DNA from: Elusimicrobiaceae bacterium
GTDB lineage: Bacteria; Elusimicrobiota; Elusimicrobia; Elusimicrobiales; Elusimicrobiaceae
Assembly (NCBI GenBank): GCA_017520185.1
Contig: JAFXGO010000026.1
Span: 14,729-78,728, forward strand
Reading direction: 5' to 3'
DNA: 64,000 nt
Part shown: positions 54,584 to 64,000 of the stretch, piece after piece
Numbering within the stretch: the stretch's first letter is position 1
Layout: every line of letters starts with the position of its first letter
Notes under the pieces: generated by a model
Database searches by the model: none
What the model was told of the DNA's origin: nothing
The model's input: the letters and a program-made list of their open reading frames with translations, nothing else
Translations under genes and position numbers: made by a program

Positions 54584-54809
54584 CGTTTTCTTCCTTTTCT
54601 TCAAAAGGTTCGGTCAAAAGTTCGGCCCCTTTCTTTTTAAGAGCGTTCACCTTAAATTTTACTTCTTGCAGTTTGGCACTCATTTCTTTAGAAAGAGCAA
54701 TCCCTTCTTCAAAGAGTTTAACGGAAGCATCCAAATCGGTTTGTTCTTCTTCCAGTAGAGCCACAATTTCTTCTAATCTGTTTAATTTGTCTTCAAAACT
54801 GTTTTTCAT
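54573..54809 (-). CDS. xseB: Exodeoxyribonuclease VII small subunit
   Basis: SFEDKLNRLEEIV...LFEEG. Confidence 0.92.
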   Translation of the reverse strand: MKNSFEDKLNRLEEIVALLEEEQTDLDASVKLFEEGIALSKEMSAKLQEVKFKVNALKKKGAELLTEPFEEKEENDGE

Positions 54810-56011
54810 TTTACCTCCGCACGAATCATGCCGTCTTTTACTTGCACAAAAATCAGTTCTTGTTCTTGGATCTGGTTTACATGGGAAATAATTTTTCCCT
54901 CAGAATTTCTGGTAATGCTATATCCTCTGCCTAATACGGAAAAGGGACTTAAAGCCTGTAGTTTTTGGCTCAAAAGTTCTAATCGGCTTTCTGTTTGCGC
55001 CAACTGTTTTTCTAAAGCATTTTCCAAAGAAAGAGTTAAATCATCTAGTCTTTGTTCTTTTTCTTGGGTTAAAAGAGTGGGATCTTTAAAAACGCGGCTA
55101 TTAATGGCCAGCTCCACCCGCGCTTTGGCTCTTTCATAAAATAAACTGACGGACTGCAGCAACCTTTTTTGCAGTTGAGAAATATGAGCAGATACCCCTT
55201 CGGCATTTTGCACTACCAATTCTGCTGCTGCCGAAGGAGTGGGGGCTCTTAAGTCTGCCACAAAATCCGCAATGGTGAAATCAATTTCATGCCCGACACA
55301 AGAAATAACGGGTATTTTGCTTGCGAAAATAGCGCGTGCTACGGGTTCTTCATTAAAAGCCCACAAATCCTCCATACTGCCGCCACCGCGCCCAACCAAA
55401 AGCACATCCGGTTTAGGGGTTAGTTGGTTTAAGTCTGCAATGGCTTGGGCAATTTGTTCGGCGGCGCCTTCTCCCTGTACCAAAGCGGGTGCCAAAATCA
55501 CTTCTACATTGGGGCTTCGGCGTCTTAAAACAGATAAAATATCCCGAATAGCGGCTCCCGTTGCAGAAGTGACTACCCCAATTCTACGCGGAAAAGAAGG
55601 TATCGGCTTTTTATTTCTTTCGTCAAAGAGCCCTTCTTTTTCCAATTTCTTTTTTAATTTTTCAAATTCTAAAAATAAATTTCCTTTGTGTAAGGTTTCC
55701 ACACTTTTGCAGACGATTTGATATTTGCCTTGTTTGGCATAACAAGATAAATCCCCAAATACACGCACTTGTAAACCGTCTTGCAACTCTGCCAAACTTT
55801 TGCGTGCGTCCCATTTAAACATTACCGCTGCCAACAAAGCATCGCGGTCTTTTAAATCAAAATAAATGTGTCCGCTGGAGGCTTGGCGCAATCCACTGAT
55901 TTCTCCTTCCACAAAAACACCTCGAAAAACACCTTCCATCATTTGCTTAATGGCAAGGGTGATCGCGGTGACAGAGAAAACTTGTCCTCTGAAAGGAGAT
56001 TCTGCGTGCAT
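54806..56011 (-). CDS. xseA: Exodeoxyribonuclease VII large subunit
   Basis: SGHIYFDLKD, RGGGSMEDLW, VGHEIDFT, PTPSAAAE. Confidence 0.96.
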   Translation of the reverse strand: MHAESPFRGQVFSVTAITLAIKQMMEGVFRGVFVEGEISGLRQASSGHIYFDLKDRDALLAAVMFKWDARKSLAELQDGLQVRVFGDLSCYAKQGKYQIVCKSVETLHKGNLFLEFEKLKKKLEKEGLFDERNKKPIPSFPRRIGVVTSATGAAIRDILSVLRRRSPNVEVILAPALVQGEGAAEQIAQAIADLNQLTPKPDVLLVGRGGGSMEDLWAFNEEPVARAIFASKIPVISCVGHEIDFTIADFVADLRAPTPSAAAELVVQNAEGVSAHISQLQKRLLQSVSLFYERAKARVELAINSRVFKDPTLLTQEKEQRLDDLTLSLENALEKQLAQTESRLELLSQKLQALSPFSVLGRGYSITRNSEGKIISHVNQIQEQELIFVQVKDGMIRAEVK

Positions 56012-57261
56012 TATTTCTCCCCTTTGATTTTTTTCAATCTCTCCGCCAAAGAGGACTCTTTCCCTTGAGTGGTGGGGTGAAAGAATTGTATGGGGTCAGG
56101 CATATAGGATTGCTTCACATAATGGTTGGGATAATCGTGAGCGTATTTATAACCCATATTTTTCATGCCGGAGCGCAGATGGTCCGGCACGCGACGTAGT
56201 TTGCCTTCTCTTACTTCCTGCAAAGCGGCATTGATGGCCAAATATGCAGAATTGCTTTTAGGCGCACAAGCCACATAAATAGCCGCATGTGCCAAAGGAA
56301 TGCGGACCTCCGGCATACCCAATACTTCGGCGGATTTAAAAGCCGCTTGGGCAATCATTAATGCTGCCGGTTCTGCCAGCCCTACATCTTCGCTGGCACA
56401 AATCAAAATGCGACGCGCAATAAAGCGTGGGTCTTCTCCACTTTCCAGCATACGCGCCAACCAATAAACGGTGGCGTCCGGGTCCGAACCGCGCATAGAT
56501 TTGATAAAGGCGGAGATAACGTCGTAATGTTCGTCTCCTTTTTTATCATAGTTTAAATGCCGTTTTTGGATACATTCTTTGGCAGTATCCAAATCAATTT
56601 GTTTAACACCGGTTGGGTCGGGGTCAGTCGTTAAAGAAGCGATTTCTAAAGCATTTAATATTTTTCTTCCGTCCCCGTTAGCCTGTGTAATAAAATAATC
56701 GGCCGCATCTTGAGTTAAATGCAGTTTTTCTTTTTCTGCGGCGCGGTCTAAAATTTTTTGTAAATCCTTGTCTGCCAACGGTTTAAATTCAAATACGGAA
56801 AAACGGGAGAGCAAGGCATTATTGATGTAAAAATAAGGGTTTTCGGTAGTGATGCCGATTAAGATGATATCTCCGCGTTCTACACTAGGCAAAAGTACGT
56901 CTTGCTGAGTTTTGTTAAAATGATGAATTTCATCTAAAATAAGCAAAGTTCGGCGTTCCTCAAAGGTAGGAGTACGGGCACGTTCTTTGGCTTCTGCCAA
57001 TACTTTTTTTAAATCTGCCACACCGGCAGCGGCGGCATTTAATTCCACCGTATGAGCCTGTGTGCGGCTGGCTACAAAACGCGCAGTGGCGGTTTTGCCA
57101 CAACCCGGAGGACCAAAGAAAACGGCAGACTTTAACGTGTCCGTTTCCAAAAGACGGCGCAGCATTTTCCCCTCACCCAACAAATGAGGCTGTCCGGCAA
57201 AGTCCTCTATCTTTTTAGGGGCCTGTCTGGCGGCCAAAGGCATAAATTCATCTTGCGTCAT
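56011..57261 (-). CDS. rarA: Replication-associated recombination protein A
   Basis: GPPGCGKT, DEIHHFNK, ISAFIKSMRGSDPD, SEDVGLA. Confidence 0.95.
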   Translation of the reverse strand: MTQDEFMPLAARQAPKKIEDFAGQPHLLGEGKMLRRLLETDTLKSAVFFGPPGCGKTATARFVASRTQAHTVELNAAAAGVADLKKVLAEAKERARTPTFEERRTLLILDEIHHFNKTQQDVLLPSVERGDIILIGITTENPYFYINNALLSRFSVFEFKPLADKDLQKILDRAAEKEKLHLTQDAADYFITQANGDGRKILNALEIASLTTDPDPTGVKQIDLDTAKECIQKRHLNYDKKGDEHYDVISAFIKSMRGSDPDATVYWLARMLESGEDPRFIARRILICASEDVGLAEPAALMIAQAAFKSAEVLGMPEVRIPLAHAAIYVACAPKSNSAYLAINAALQEVREGKLRRVPDHLRSGMKNMGYKYAHDYPNHYVKQSYMPDPIQFFHPTTQGKESSLAERLKKIKGEK

Positions 57262-57263
57262 AT

Positions 57264-57560
57264 TTATTTATCAGCCTGCAAAGTATTTTGAAGTTTTGTA
57301 ATCAGTTGGTCTAATCTGCTGGCGTCTTCTTTTATTTTTCCGCCGTCTTTTAAATCTTTCAAATAGGATTTTGCGGCAAAATGCAGAGCCGCTGCCAGTG
57401 CTTGTTTAAGTGTGTCAATGACTTCTTCATCTTCTTGCACTCGGAGCATCTCTTTTTCCACTTGGGCGGCTAAATCTGCAATTTCCACATAGCCAAGCTC
57501 CTCAATTTCCACATCAACGGGTATTTTTTTGATTTCTACGGTGACGGTATTTTTGGCCAT
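57264..57560 (-). CDS. zapA: Cell division protein ZapA
   Basis: 98 aa, N-terminal beta-strands then coiled coil; position downstream of pheT. Confidence 0.7.
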   Translation of the reverse strand: MAKNTVTVEIKKIPVDVEIEELGYVEIADLAAQVEKEMLRVQEDEEVIDTLKQALAAALHFAAKSYLKDLKDGGKIKEDASRLDQLITKLQNTLQADK

Positions 57561-57568
57561 AGTTTATC

Positions 57569-57829
57569 CTATAACAGATTTTTTTCATCTTCTTGCGCGC
57601 GGGCAATTTCTTTGTCAATGCGCGTTTCTAGTTTTCTAAGCGCGCTGACGGTATTTTTTTTCCATTCACGCAAAAACTTGAGTTCCGCCTCGCTTTCTTT
57701 TAAGCGGGCAATCGTATCCTCTTGCAATCTCACTTTTTGTCGCAAGGATGCCGCTTCGCTCTGCAAGTTTTGCAGGCGGGAAGCGGCTTGCGATACCAAA
57801 AGTTCCAACTGCTTGAGTTTTTCTTGCAT
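57569..57829 (-). CDS. Small coiled-coil protein (ZapB-like)
   Basis: 86 aa with continuous heptad pattern, directly upstream of zapA. Confidence 0.5.
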   Translation of the reverse strand: MQEKLKQLELLVSQAASRLQNLQSEAASLRQKVRLQEDTIARLKESEAELKFLREWKKNTVSALRKLETRIDKEIARAQEDEKNLL

Positions 57830-57831
57830 AT

Positions 57832-60216
57832 TTATCTGAGTTCTGCTCCCAAGTTATTACGCAAGGCTTCTACCAAAGTCTGAAAGGCTTGGTCTGTTTC
57901 TTGATCTTTTAATGTACGGTCCGGTGCAGAAAAAGACAAGGTAAAGGTGACACTCTTTTTGCCTTGAGGAACGTGTTCCCCTTCATAAAGGTCAATTAAA
58001 TCAAAGTGTAAACTTACCGGCAACTGTACTTTTTGCAGGACTTCTTTGATTTGAGCATAGCAAACCGTTTTATCCAATACGACAGATAAATCGCGCAAAG
58101 ACGGCGGGAAAGGAGCAATTTCTTTAACCGGTTGGAAGTTTTGAGCAGAGAAGGATTTCTCTAATTGTTTGATTGCAAACTCAAAAGCCCATACTTCGCT
58201 AGATTTAATGCCGCTTTCTTTTAAAGTGAGCGGATGGATAGCACCGAAAGAACCTATTTTTTTACCGTTAGCCATTATGTCCATGCAAATTTTAGGATGC
58301 ATGTAGACAGGGGCTTTGGTTGCCGGTACAAAAGAAACATTTTCAAAACCATTTAGTAAATGGCTCAAGACCCCTTTCAGAAAGAAGAAATCCGGTTTTG
58401 TCTCTTTTCCCTGAAAGAACGGTTGGGCTGTTAATTGCCCACATAATACACCGGCTACGGTATAGGTTTCTGTAGGGAAACCTTTGGTTAAGGTGAAAGT
58501 GCGGGTAGCCTCAAACAAAGCCAAATCATGATTGCCGCGTCGTTCATTAAACTCTACATTTTTAAGCAAAGCCGGCAATAAAGTCGGACGTAAGAAATCC
58601 CACCCTTTGGCCATAGCATTTTTGATTTTTACGGCAGTTTTGGTTTCAAATCCGAAGGTGTGCAATTCCTTTTCACCCAAGAAATCAATATTTTTACATT
58701 CAAAAAATCCCAAAGAGGCTAATTTGTCGGAGAAAAGTTCTAATAAATCTACCCCTTTTGGATTGTCGGTAAAACTGACAAAAGCGCGAGAAGCCCCCGT
58801 AGGGATACAATCAAAACCGGCAAAACGGGCCGCTTCTTCAGCCAAATCCCAACGATGGTTTAAATCACGACGATGAGTGGGTGCTTGGAAAGACCATTCT
58901 TCTGCCGAAGCATCAAAATGCAAGGCCAAACGTGAAAAGATGTCTTTCAATTTTTCTTCTTCAATATCGGTGCCCAAAATGCCATTGATTTGTGCCGGCG
59001 TAAATTTAACAACAGGATTGGCATAGGTTTGCGGATAGACATCACAAATCTGGCTAGCGGTGCCACCACAGGCTTGTAAGAATAAATCTGTCGCACGTTG
59101 CAAAGCAAGAACCGTCATGCCAATATCGGCTCCGCGTTCAAAACGTTGGGAAGAATCGCTGGAAACACCGTATTTTTTAGAGGTTTTGTTGGTAATCGGA
59201 GCATCAAAATAAGCTGATTCGATAAAAATATCAGTCGTGTTTTCTTGAATGCCGGAGTTTTTTCCTCCCATGATACCGGCTAAGGCCGTAGCCTTTTTCT
59301 CATCACCGATCATAAGGGCATTTTCGTCTAATACCAATTCCCGTTCATCTAACAAAGTAAATTTTTCATCTTTTTCAGCGCGTCTGACAACAATGGTGTC
59401 TCCTTCAATTTCATTTCTGTCAAAAGCATGCATGGGTTGGCCCAATTCAAACATGACATAATTGGTAATGTCTACCAAAGCATTTTTGGGGTTTAAACCC
59501 ATCGCACTTAAACGTTCTTTGATAAATTCCGGAGATTCTGCATTTTTAACGCCACGTATTAAACGGCCGCTATAGCGCGGGCAGGCGGCGTTATCGCGCA
59601 CGTCTACTTTTAGGCTTTCTCCTTCGCCCACTATCCCTGAAACGGCAGGCATTTTTACAGGCAAGTTAAGCAGAGCGGAAAGTTCGCGCGCCACCCCTAG
59701 ATGGGATAATAAATCCGGACGGTTGGAAGTGATTTCCAAATCAAATAAAGCATCGGCTTTTCCGTACAGAGAGCGAACATCGGTGCCTAAAGCAATATTT
59801 TCGTCTAATACCAAAATGCCACGCGCCCGAGTATTGGTCAGCCCGAGTTCGTCGGAGGAGCAAATCATGCCCTCACTGGCTACACCGCGAATTTTGGCCG
59901 GAGTCAAAACAAATTTGCCCAATCTGGCGCCTACGCGGGCCAAAGGTACTTTTTGCCCGACGGCCACATTCGGTGCACCGCACACGACGCGTTGGGTTTT
60001 TCCTTCGCCGAGGTCCAAGTCTACCAAATGCAAGTGGTCGGAATTGGGGTGATCTTCGATGTGGGTGATTTGTGCCACATTTACCCCTTCAAAATCGGCT
60101 CCTTTTTTCTCTACAGAGGCCACTTCAATGCCCAATTCTGTAAACTTTTGGGCCAGTTCTTCGGCAGAGAGGTCTAAATCGATAAAATCCTTTAACCAAC
60201 TGTATAATATCTTCAT
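57832..60216 (-). CDS. pheT: Phenylalanine-tRNA ligase beta subunit
   Basis: VVCGAPNV, ITSNRPD, SSQRFERG, LRPTLLP, RDLSVV. Confidence 0.97.
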   Translation of the reverse strand: MKILYSWLKDFIDLDLSAEELAQKFTELGIEVASVEKKGADFEGVNVAQITHIEDHPNSDHLHLVDLDLGEGKTQRVVCGAPNVAVGQKVPLARVGARLGKFVLTPAKIRGVASEGMICSSDELGLTNTRARGILVLDENIALGTDVRSLYGKADALFDLEITSNRPDLLSHLGVARELSALLNLPVKMPAVSGIVGEGESLKVDVRDNAACPRYSGRLIRGVKNAESPEFIKERLSAMGLNPKNALVDITNYVMFELGQPMHAFDRNEIEGDTIVVRRAEKDEKFTLLDERELVLDENALMIGDEKKATALAGIMGGKNSGIQENTTDIFIESAYFDAPITNKTSKKYGVSSDSSQRFERGADIGMTVLALQRATDLFLQACGGTASQICDVYPQTYANPVVKFTPAQINGILGTDIEEEKLKDIFSRLALHFDASAEEWSFQAPTHRRDLNHRWDLAEEAARFAGFDCIPTGASRAFVSFTDNPKGVDLLELFSDKLASLGFFECKNIDFLGEKELHTFGFETKTAVKIKNAMAKGWDFLRPTLLPALLKNVEFNERRGNHDLALFEATRTFTLTKGFPTETYTVAGVLCGQLTAQPFFQGKETKPDFFFLKGVLSHLLNGFENVSFVPATKAPVYMHPKICMDIMANGKKIGSFGAIHPLTLKESGIKSSEVWAFEFAIKQLEKSFSAQNFQPVKEIAPFPPSLRDLSVVLDKTVCYAQIKEVLQKVQLPVSLHFDLIDLYEGEHVPQGKKSVTFTLSFSAPDRTLKDQETDQAFQTLVEALRNNLGAELR

Positions 60217-60225
60217 AATTCTTCC

Positions 60226-61272
60226 TTAAAATTGATTTAAAATGCGCAAGTCATTTTCGTAGAAGGTACGGATGTCGTTGATGTTCATCATCATCATGGC
60301 CAACCGTTCCACACCCATACCGAAGGCATAACCGCTGTATACTTCGGGGTCGATGCCGCAGTTTTTAAGTACTTGCGGATTGACTACGCCGGAGCCTAAC
60401 ATTTCTATCCAGCCCGTGCCTTTGCAGATATTGCAGCCTTTACCGCCACAGAATACACATTTTACATCTACTTCGGCGCTGGGCTCGGTAAACGGGAAGA
60501 AGGACGGGCGGAAACGGATTTCCGTTTTGTCTCCTAACAGGCCTTTCATAAAGGCGGTCAAATCTCTTTTCAAATCAGCCATGCTGACATTTTTGTCCAC
60601 GTATAATCCCTCAATTTGATGAAAGACAGGGCTGTGGGTGGCATCTAAACTGTCATTGCGGAACACGCGGCCCGGTGCCATAATGCGAATGGGGGGGTGG
60701 TGTTTCTCCATAAAGCGGCTTTGCACATTGGAGGTGTGTGTGCGTAAAACTAAAGAAAGGGGAGAGCCTGTTTCGGCAAAGAAGGTGTCTTGTGCGTCAC
60801 GCGCAGGGTGATGTTTGGGAATGTTAAGCATATCAAAATTATGCTTTTCATCTTCTACCCAAGGCCCCTCTGCCCATGTGAAACCTAATTTGGATAAAAT
60901 ATCCGTCATGCGTTTCTGAGCGATGGAAAGAGGGTGTCTGCTTCCGCACGCCACAGGACGTGCCGGTAAAGTGAGGTCCAATTCTACGCGGTTGAGTTCT
61001 TCATTTAGGGCTTTGGCAGCCAAGTCAGACGTTTTGTTTTCCAGAGCCTGCGTGAGGGTGGCTTTTAAGGCGTTTCCTAAAGGGCCGGCGGTCTTTTTTT
61101 CTTCGATGGAAAAATCTTTTAGATTTTTTAACAGTTCGGTCAAAGCGCCTTTGCGCCCGAGTGCCGCAACGCGTAGTTCTTCTACGGTGGCTAAATCCGC
61201 CGCAGCGGAAATTTTAGCAATATATTCCTGCTCTAAAGCAGAGCACATGTTTTGAAATTCTTGTAAGGTCAT
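60226..61272 (-). CDS. pheS: Phenylalanine-tRNA ligase alpha subunit
   Basis: HHPARD, LRTHTS, FPFTEPS, GMGVERL. Confidence 0.98.
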   Translation of the reverse strand: MTLQEFQNMCSALEQEYIAKISAAADLATVEELRVAALGRKGALTELLKNLKDFSIEEKKTAGPLGNALKATLTQALENKTSDLAAKALNEELNRVELDLTLPARPVACGSRHPLSIAQKRMTDILSKLGFTWAEGPWVEDEKHNFDMLNIPKHHPARDAQDTFFAETGSPLSLVLRTHTSNVQSRFMEKHHPPIRIMAPGRVFRNDSLDATHSPVFHQIEGLYVDKNVSMADLKRDLTAFMKGLLGDKTEIRFRPSFFPFTEPSAEVDVKCVFCGGKGCNICKGTGWIEMLGSGVVNPQVLKNCGIDPEVYSGYAFGMGVERLAMMMMNINDIRTFYENDLRILNQF

Positions 61273-61422
61273 AAGTATTTATATTTTACTTTATTATTAG
61301 GGGATTGGTGGTGAAAAGTTAAGGAAATATATTAGATTTTTGAGATAACGGTTTTTAGTGGAGGTTCTGTTTTGGGACAAACAATTTTTCCGCATATCTT
61401 GTCAATTTGATAAGATATATCT

Positions 61423-62874
61423 ATGATTTCCAAAGTACTTCTTTTTGCGCGTGAAAAAGGCCTCTGCTTATCGGGGCTGACATACAATTCTGCCGAAGTA
61501 AAAGCAGGATTTGTTTTTTTTGCGTTAAAAGGGGTTCATCACGACGGAAATGCCTATATTGAAGATGCTATTAAAAAAGGCGCGGTTTTGATTGTTTCGG
61601 CGCAACCTGCCACCCAAGATTACCAAGTGCCGTTTTTTCTTTCTCAAAACATTGATCAGGATATGGCCGATGCTGCTTATGAATTTTACGGCAAACCCTC
61701 TGATCTTTTGCGCATTACCGGCATTACGGGTACCAAAGGAAAAACCAGTATTTCTTATTTGGCCGAAGCGGCTTTGGCACATGGTCGGAAGAAGGTGTCT
61801 GTGCTGGGGACTGTCAACTATCGCATTAATGGGCAAGTAATGGCTCAAGCCCCCAACACCACCCCGTTGGCTTTGCCTCTTTTTAAACTTTTACATCAAA
61901 TGAAAAACGCACAAACAGATGTGCTGGTGATGGAAGTGTCTTCTCATTCTTTAGAGCAAGAGCGCGTGCGGCACATTCATTTTGATAATGCCGTCTTTAC
62001 CAATTTACAGCGAGACCATTTAGACTTTCATCTTACGTTTGAAAACTATTTTTCGGCGAAGAAAAAATTGTTTGAGGAACTTCTTTCCTCCGAAAACCAA
62101 AAAAATCCGAAAACGGCTATTATTAATACAGACGATCCTTACGGACGTCAACTTTGTGATTTGTTGAGAGGTAAAGTACGCATCATTTCTTATGCTTTGG
62201 ATAACCAAGCCGATTATCAAGCCACAAATATAGAAGAAAGTCTTTCTTGTACGAAATTTAAAGTAAAAGGTTTAAATGGAAAAATCAATTTGTTGGGTAA
62301 ACATAATGTGTACAATGCTTTAGCCGCTTTATGTATTTGTGTGGCTAATGGAATTGATGAAAAAACCGCTTTGGAAGGACTATCTTTATTAAAGGGGATT
62401 CCGGGCAGAATGGAACGTATAGACGAAGGACAAAACTATTTTGTGTTTGTAGATTTTGCTTATACGGATGAATCTTTGCAACGGGCCTACAAGACAGTGG
62501 AAAATTTTAAAAAGGGCCGCATTATTACGGTGTTTGGTTGCGGTGGTGACAGAGACCGCAGCAAACGCCCTCTTATGGGGCGGACCGCGTGTACAAATAG
62601 CGATTTTGTCTTTTTAACCAACGACAATCCTCGCACCGAAGATCCTCAACAAATTTTTGCCGATATCAAAAAAGGCATGAATGGCTTTGATAATTTCGAA
62701 ATAGAGCCGGACCGCCGAAAAGCCATTTTTAAAGCCATTTCGATGGCCCAAGAAAATGATATTGTTATTATCGCTGGGAAAGGACACGAACAAACCCAAA
62801 AAATAGGCCATACGGTCTTGCCGTTTTCTGATCAAGAAACGGTGAGAGAGGCGATCAGAGGAAGACATGTTTAA
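61423..62874 (+). CDS. murE: UDP-MurNAc-L-Ala-D-Glu:meso-DAP ligase
   Basis: TGTKGKT, MEVSSH, DNPR (meso-DAP specificity motif), AGKGHE. Confidence 0.96.
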   Translation: MISKVLLFAREKGLCLSGLTYNSAEVKAGFVFFALKGVHHDGNAYIEDAIKKGAVLIVSAQPATQDYQVPFFLSQNIDQDMADAAYEFYGKPSDLLRITGITGTKGKTSISYLAEAALAHGRKKVSVLGTVNYRINGQVMAQAPNTTPLALPLFKLLHQMKNAQTDVLVMEVSSHSLEQERVRHIHFDNAVFTNLQRDHLDFHLTFENYFSAKKKLFEELLSSENQKNPKTAIINTDDPYGRQLCDLLRGKVRIISYALDNQADYQATNIEESLSCTKFKVKGLNGKINLLGKHNVYNALAALCICVANGIDEKTALEGLSLLKGIPGRMERIDEGQNYFVFVDFAYTDESLQRAYKTVENFKKGRIITVFGCGGDRDRSKRPLMGRTACTNSDFVFLTNDNPRTEDPQQIFADIKKGMNGFDNFEIEPDRRKAIFKAISMAQENDIVIIAGKGHEQTQKIGHTVLPFSDQETVREAIRGRHV

Positions 62875-64000
62875 ACCGGAAAATTTTAAAGGAAAAAAAG
62901 CCTGTGTGTTAGGGTTAGGGCGCAGTGGTAAGGCGGCGGCAGAACTGTTGGCGCGAAAAGGATTTTCCGTACTCTTAAGCGAAGGAAAAACCCCTTCCCA
63001 TGTGCCTTCTTTTCCTAAAGCCGTAGAAGTGGAAACAGGTGGCCATAGTGAAAAAGTTTTTCAGTGTGGTTTTATCGTAAAAAGTCCCGGCATTTTGCCA
63101 CAGAGCAAAGTGCTTCAAGAAGCCAAGAAACGCAAAATCCCTATATTTTCCGAGTTAGAGGTGGCTTTGGCTTTTGCGCCTAAAAATATTTGTGTATTGG
63201 CGGTAAGCGGAACAAACGGAAAAACGACCACTACCAGTTTGTTGGGGGAAATATTAAAAGAATATGGGGATCAACTTTTCCCTAAAAGAAATGTTTTTGT
63301 AGCAGGAAACATTGGCTCCCCCGTTTCCGCCATAGTAGAGAAACTTTATCCGTATGATTTTTTGGTATTGGAAGTATCTAGTTATCAATTGGAAGACAGT
63401 CGTTTTTTCCGCCCGAAAGTGGCCTGCTTGTTAAATATTACGCCGGATCATTTAGATCATCATGGCGGAATGGAGAAGTATGTCAAAGCCAAAGCCCGAT
63501 TGTTTAAAAACCAACGAAGCAATGATTTTGTGGTATTAAACGGAGGGGATAAAGGTTGTGACGGTTTGGTAGGAAAAATAAAAGGAACATTGTTTGCTTT
63601 TTCTGCTTTTCCCAATCATCCGTTAAAAACAGATGTGTTTTTTGACGGAGACGAAATTATTTTTAGCGCAGGGCATCGTTTGCTCCCTCCCAAACTTCAA
63701 GGGATTCATAATATTGAAAATGCTATGGCGGCGGCACTAGCTGCATTGGCGGTGGGTGTGCCGGCGGAAATTATACAAAGGGTCTTTGACCGGTTTGAAG
63801 CGATAGAACACCGTATTGAGTTGGTGGCCAAACATAAAGGGGTTTCTTATATTAATGATTCTAAAGCAACAAATTTAGATTCTACAATTATTGCGCTTCA
63901 ATCCTTTGACAAGGCCAAGAATATTTGGTTGATTCTGGGAGGACAAGATAAAGGATCTTCCTATCAAATATTGCTTCCGTATTTGCAAGACTATTGCCGT
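62867..64000 (+). CDS. murD: UDP-MurNAc-L-Ala:D-Glu ligase, 5' part (runs off window end)
   Basis: Hand translation: VLGLGRSG, KSPGI, SGTNGKTTT, LEVSSYQL, PDHLDHH, EHRIE, NDSKATN. Confidence 0.95.
   Translation, partial: MFKPENFKGKKACVLGLGRSGKAAAELLARKGFSVLLSEGKTPSHVPSFPKAVEVETGGHSEKVFQCGFIVKSPGILPQSKVLQEAKKRKIPIFSELEVALAFAPKNICVLAVSGTNGKTTTTSLLGEILKEYGDQLFPKRNVFVAGNIGSPVSAIVEKLYPYDFLVLEVSSYQLEDSRFFRPKVACLLNITPDHLDHHGGMEKYVKAKARLFKNQRSNDFVVLNGGDKGCDGLVGKIKGTLFAFSAFPNHPLKTDVFFDGDEIIFSAGHRLLPPKLQGIHNIENAMAAALAALAVGVPAEIIQRVFDRFEAIEHRIELVAKHKGVSYINDSKATNLDSTIIALQSFDKAKNIWLILGGQDKGSSYQILLPYLQDYCR

Overview
Bacterial chromosomal window (standard genetic code) spanning the replication origin. A PilE-like gene, LPS heptose epimerase, an outer-membrane barrel, meso-DAP-type MurE and an anaerobe-type O2-defence operon suggest, by inference only, an anaerobic diderm such as an Elusimicrobiota gut bacterium. 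Left part: uvrB (partial), marC, a divergent radical SAM / PGM1-like ATP-grasp / nucleotidyltransferase // methyltransferase / MFS cluster beside tRNA-Val(CAC), and a peptidoglycan-recycling operon (ampG-murQ-anmK-nagZ). These are followed by comEC-recR-dnaX, a deoxyhypusine-synthase-like gene, glyA, a GH13 enzyme and gyrA-gyrB-dciA-dnaN-dnaA. Right part: SOR-FprA-flavin reductase-rubredoxin, GT4, lepB, parAB with three non-canonical parS-like palindromes, an F1Fo operon with hldD between atpA and atpG, and a pilin-like gene with a T12 tract in its promoter spacer. The window ends with glmU-prs-rplY-pth, pheST-zapA-rarA-xseAB-tlyA and murE-murD (partial). No CRISPR array, transposase or integrase was recognised. 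Best candidates for novelty: the small biosynthetic cluster, the co-varying ParB/parS pair, the putative phase-variable pilin promoter, the hldD insertion, and the AT-rich trough around oriC/parS. All calls are from reading the sequence; no database searches were run.
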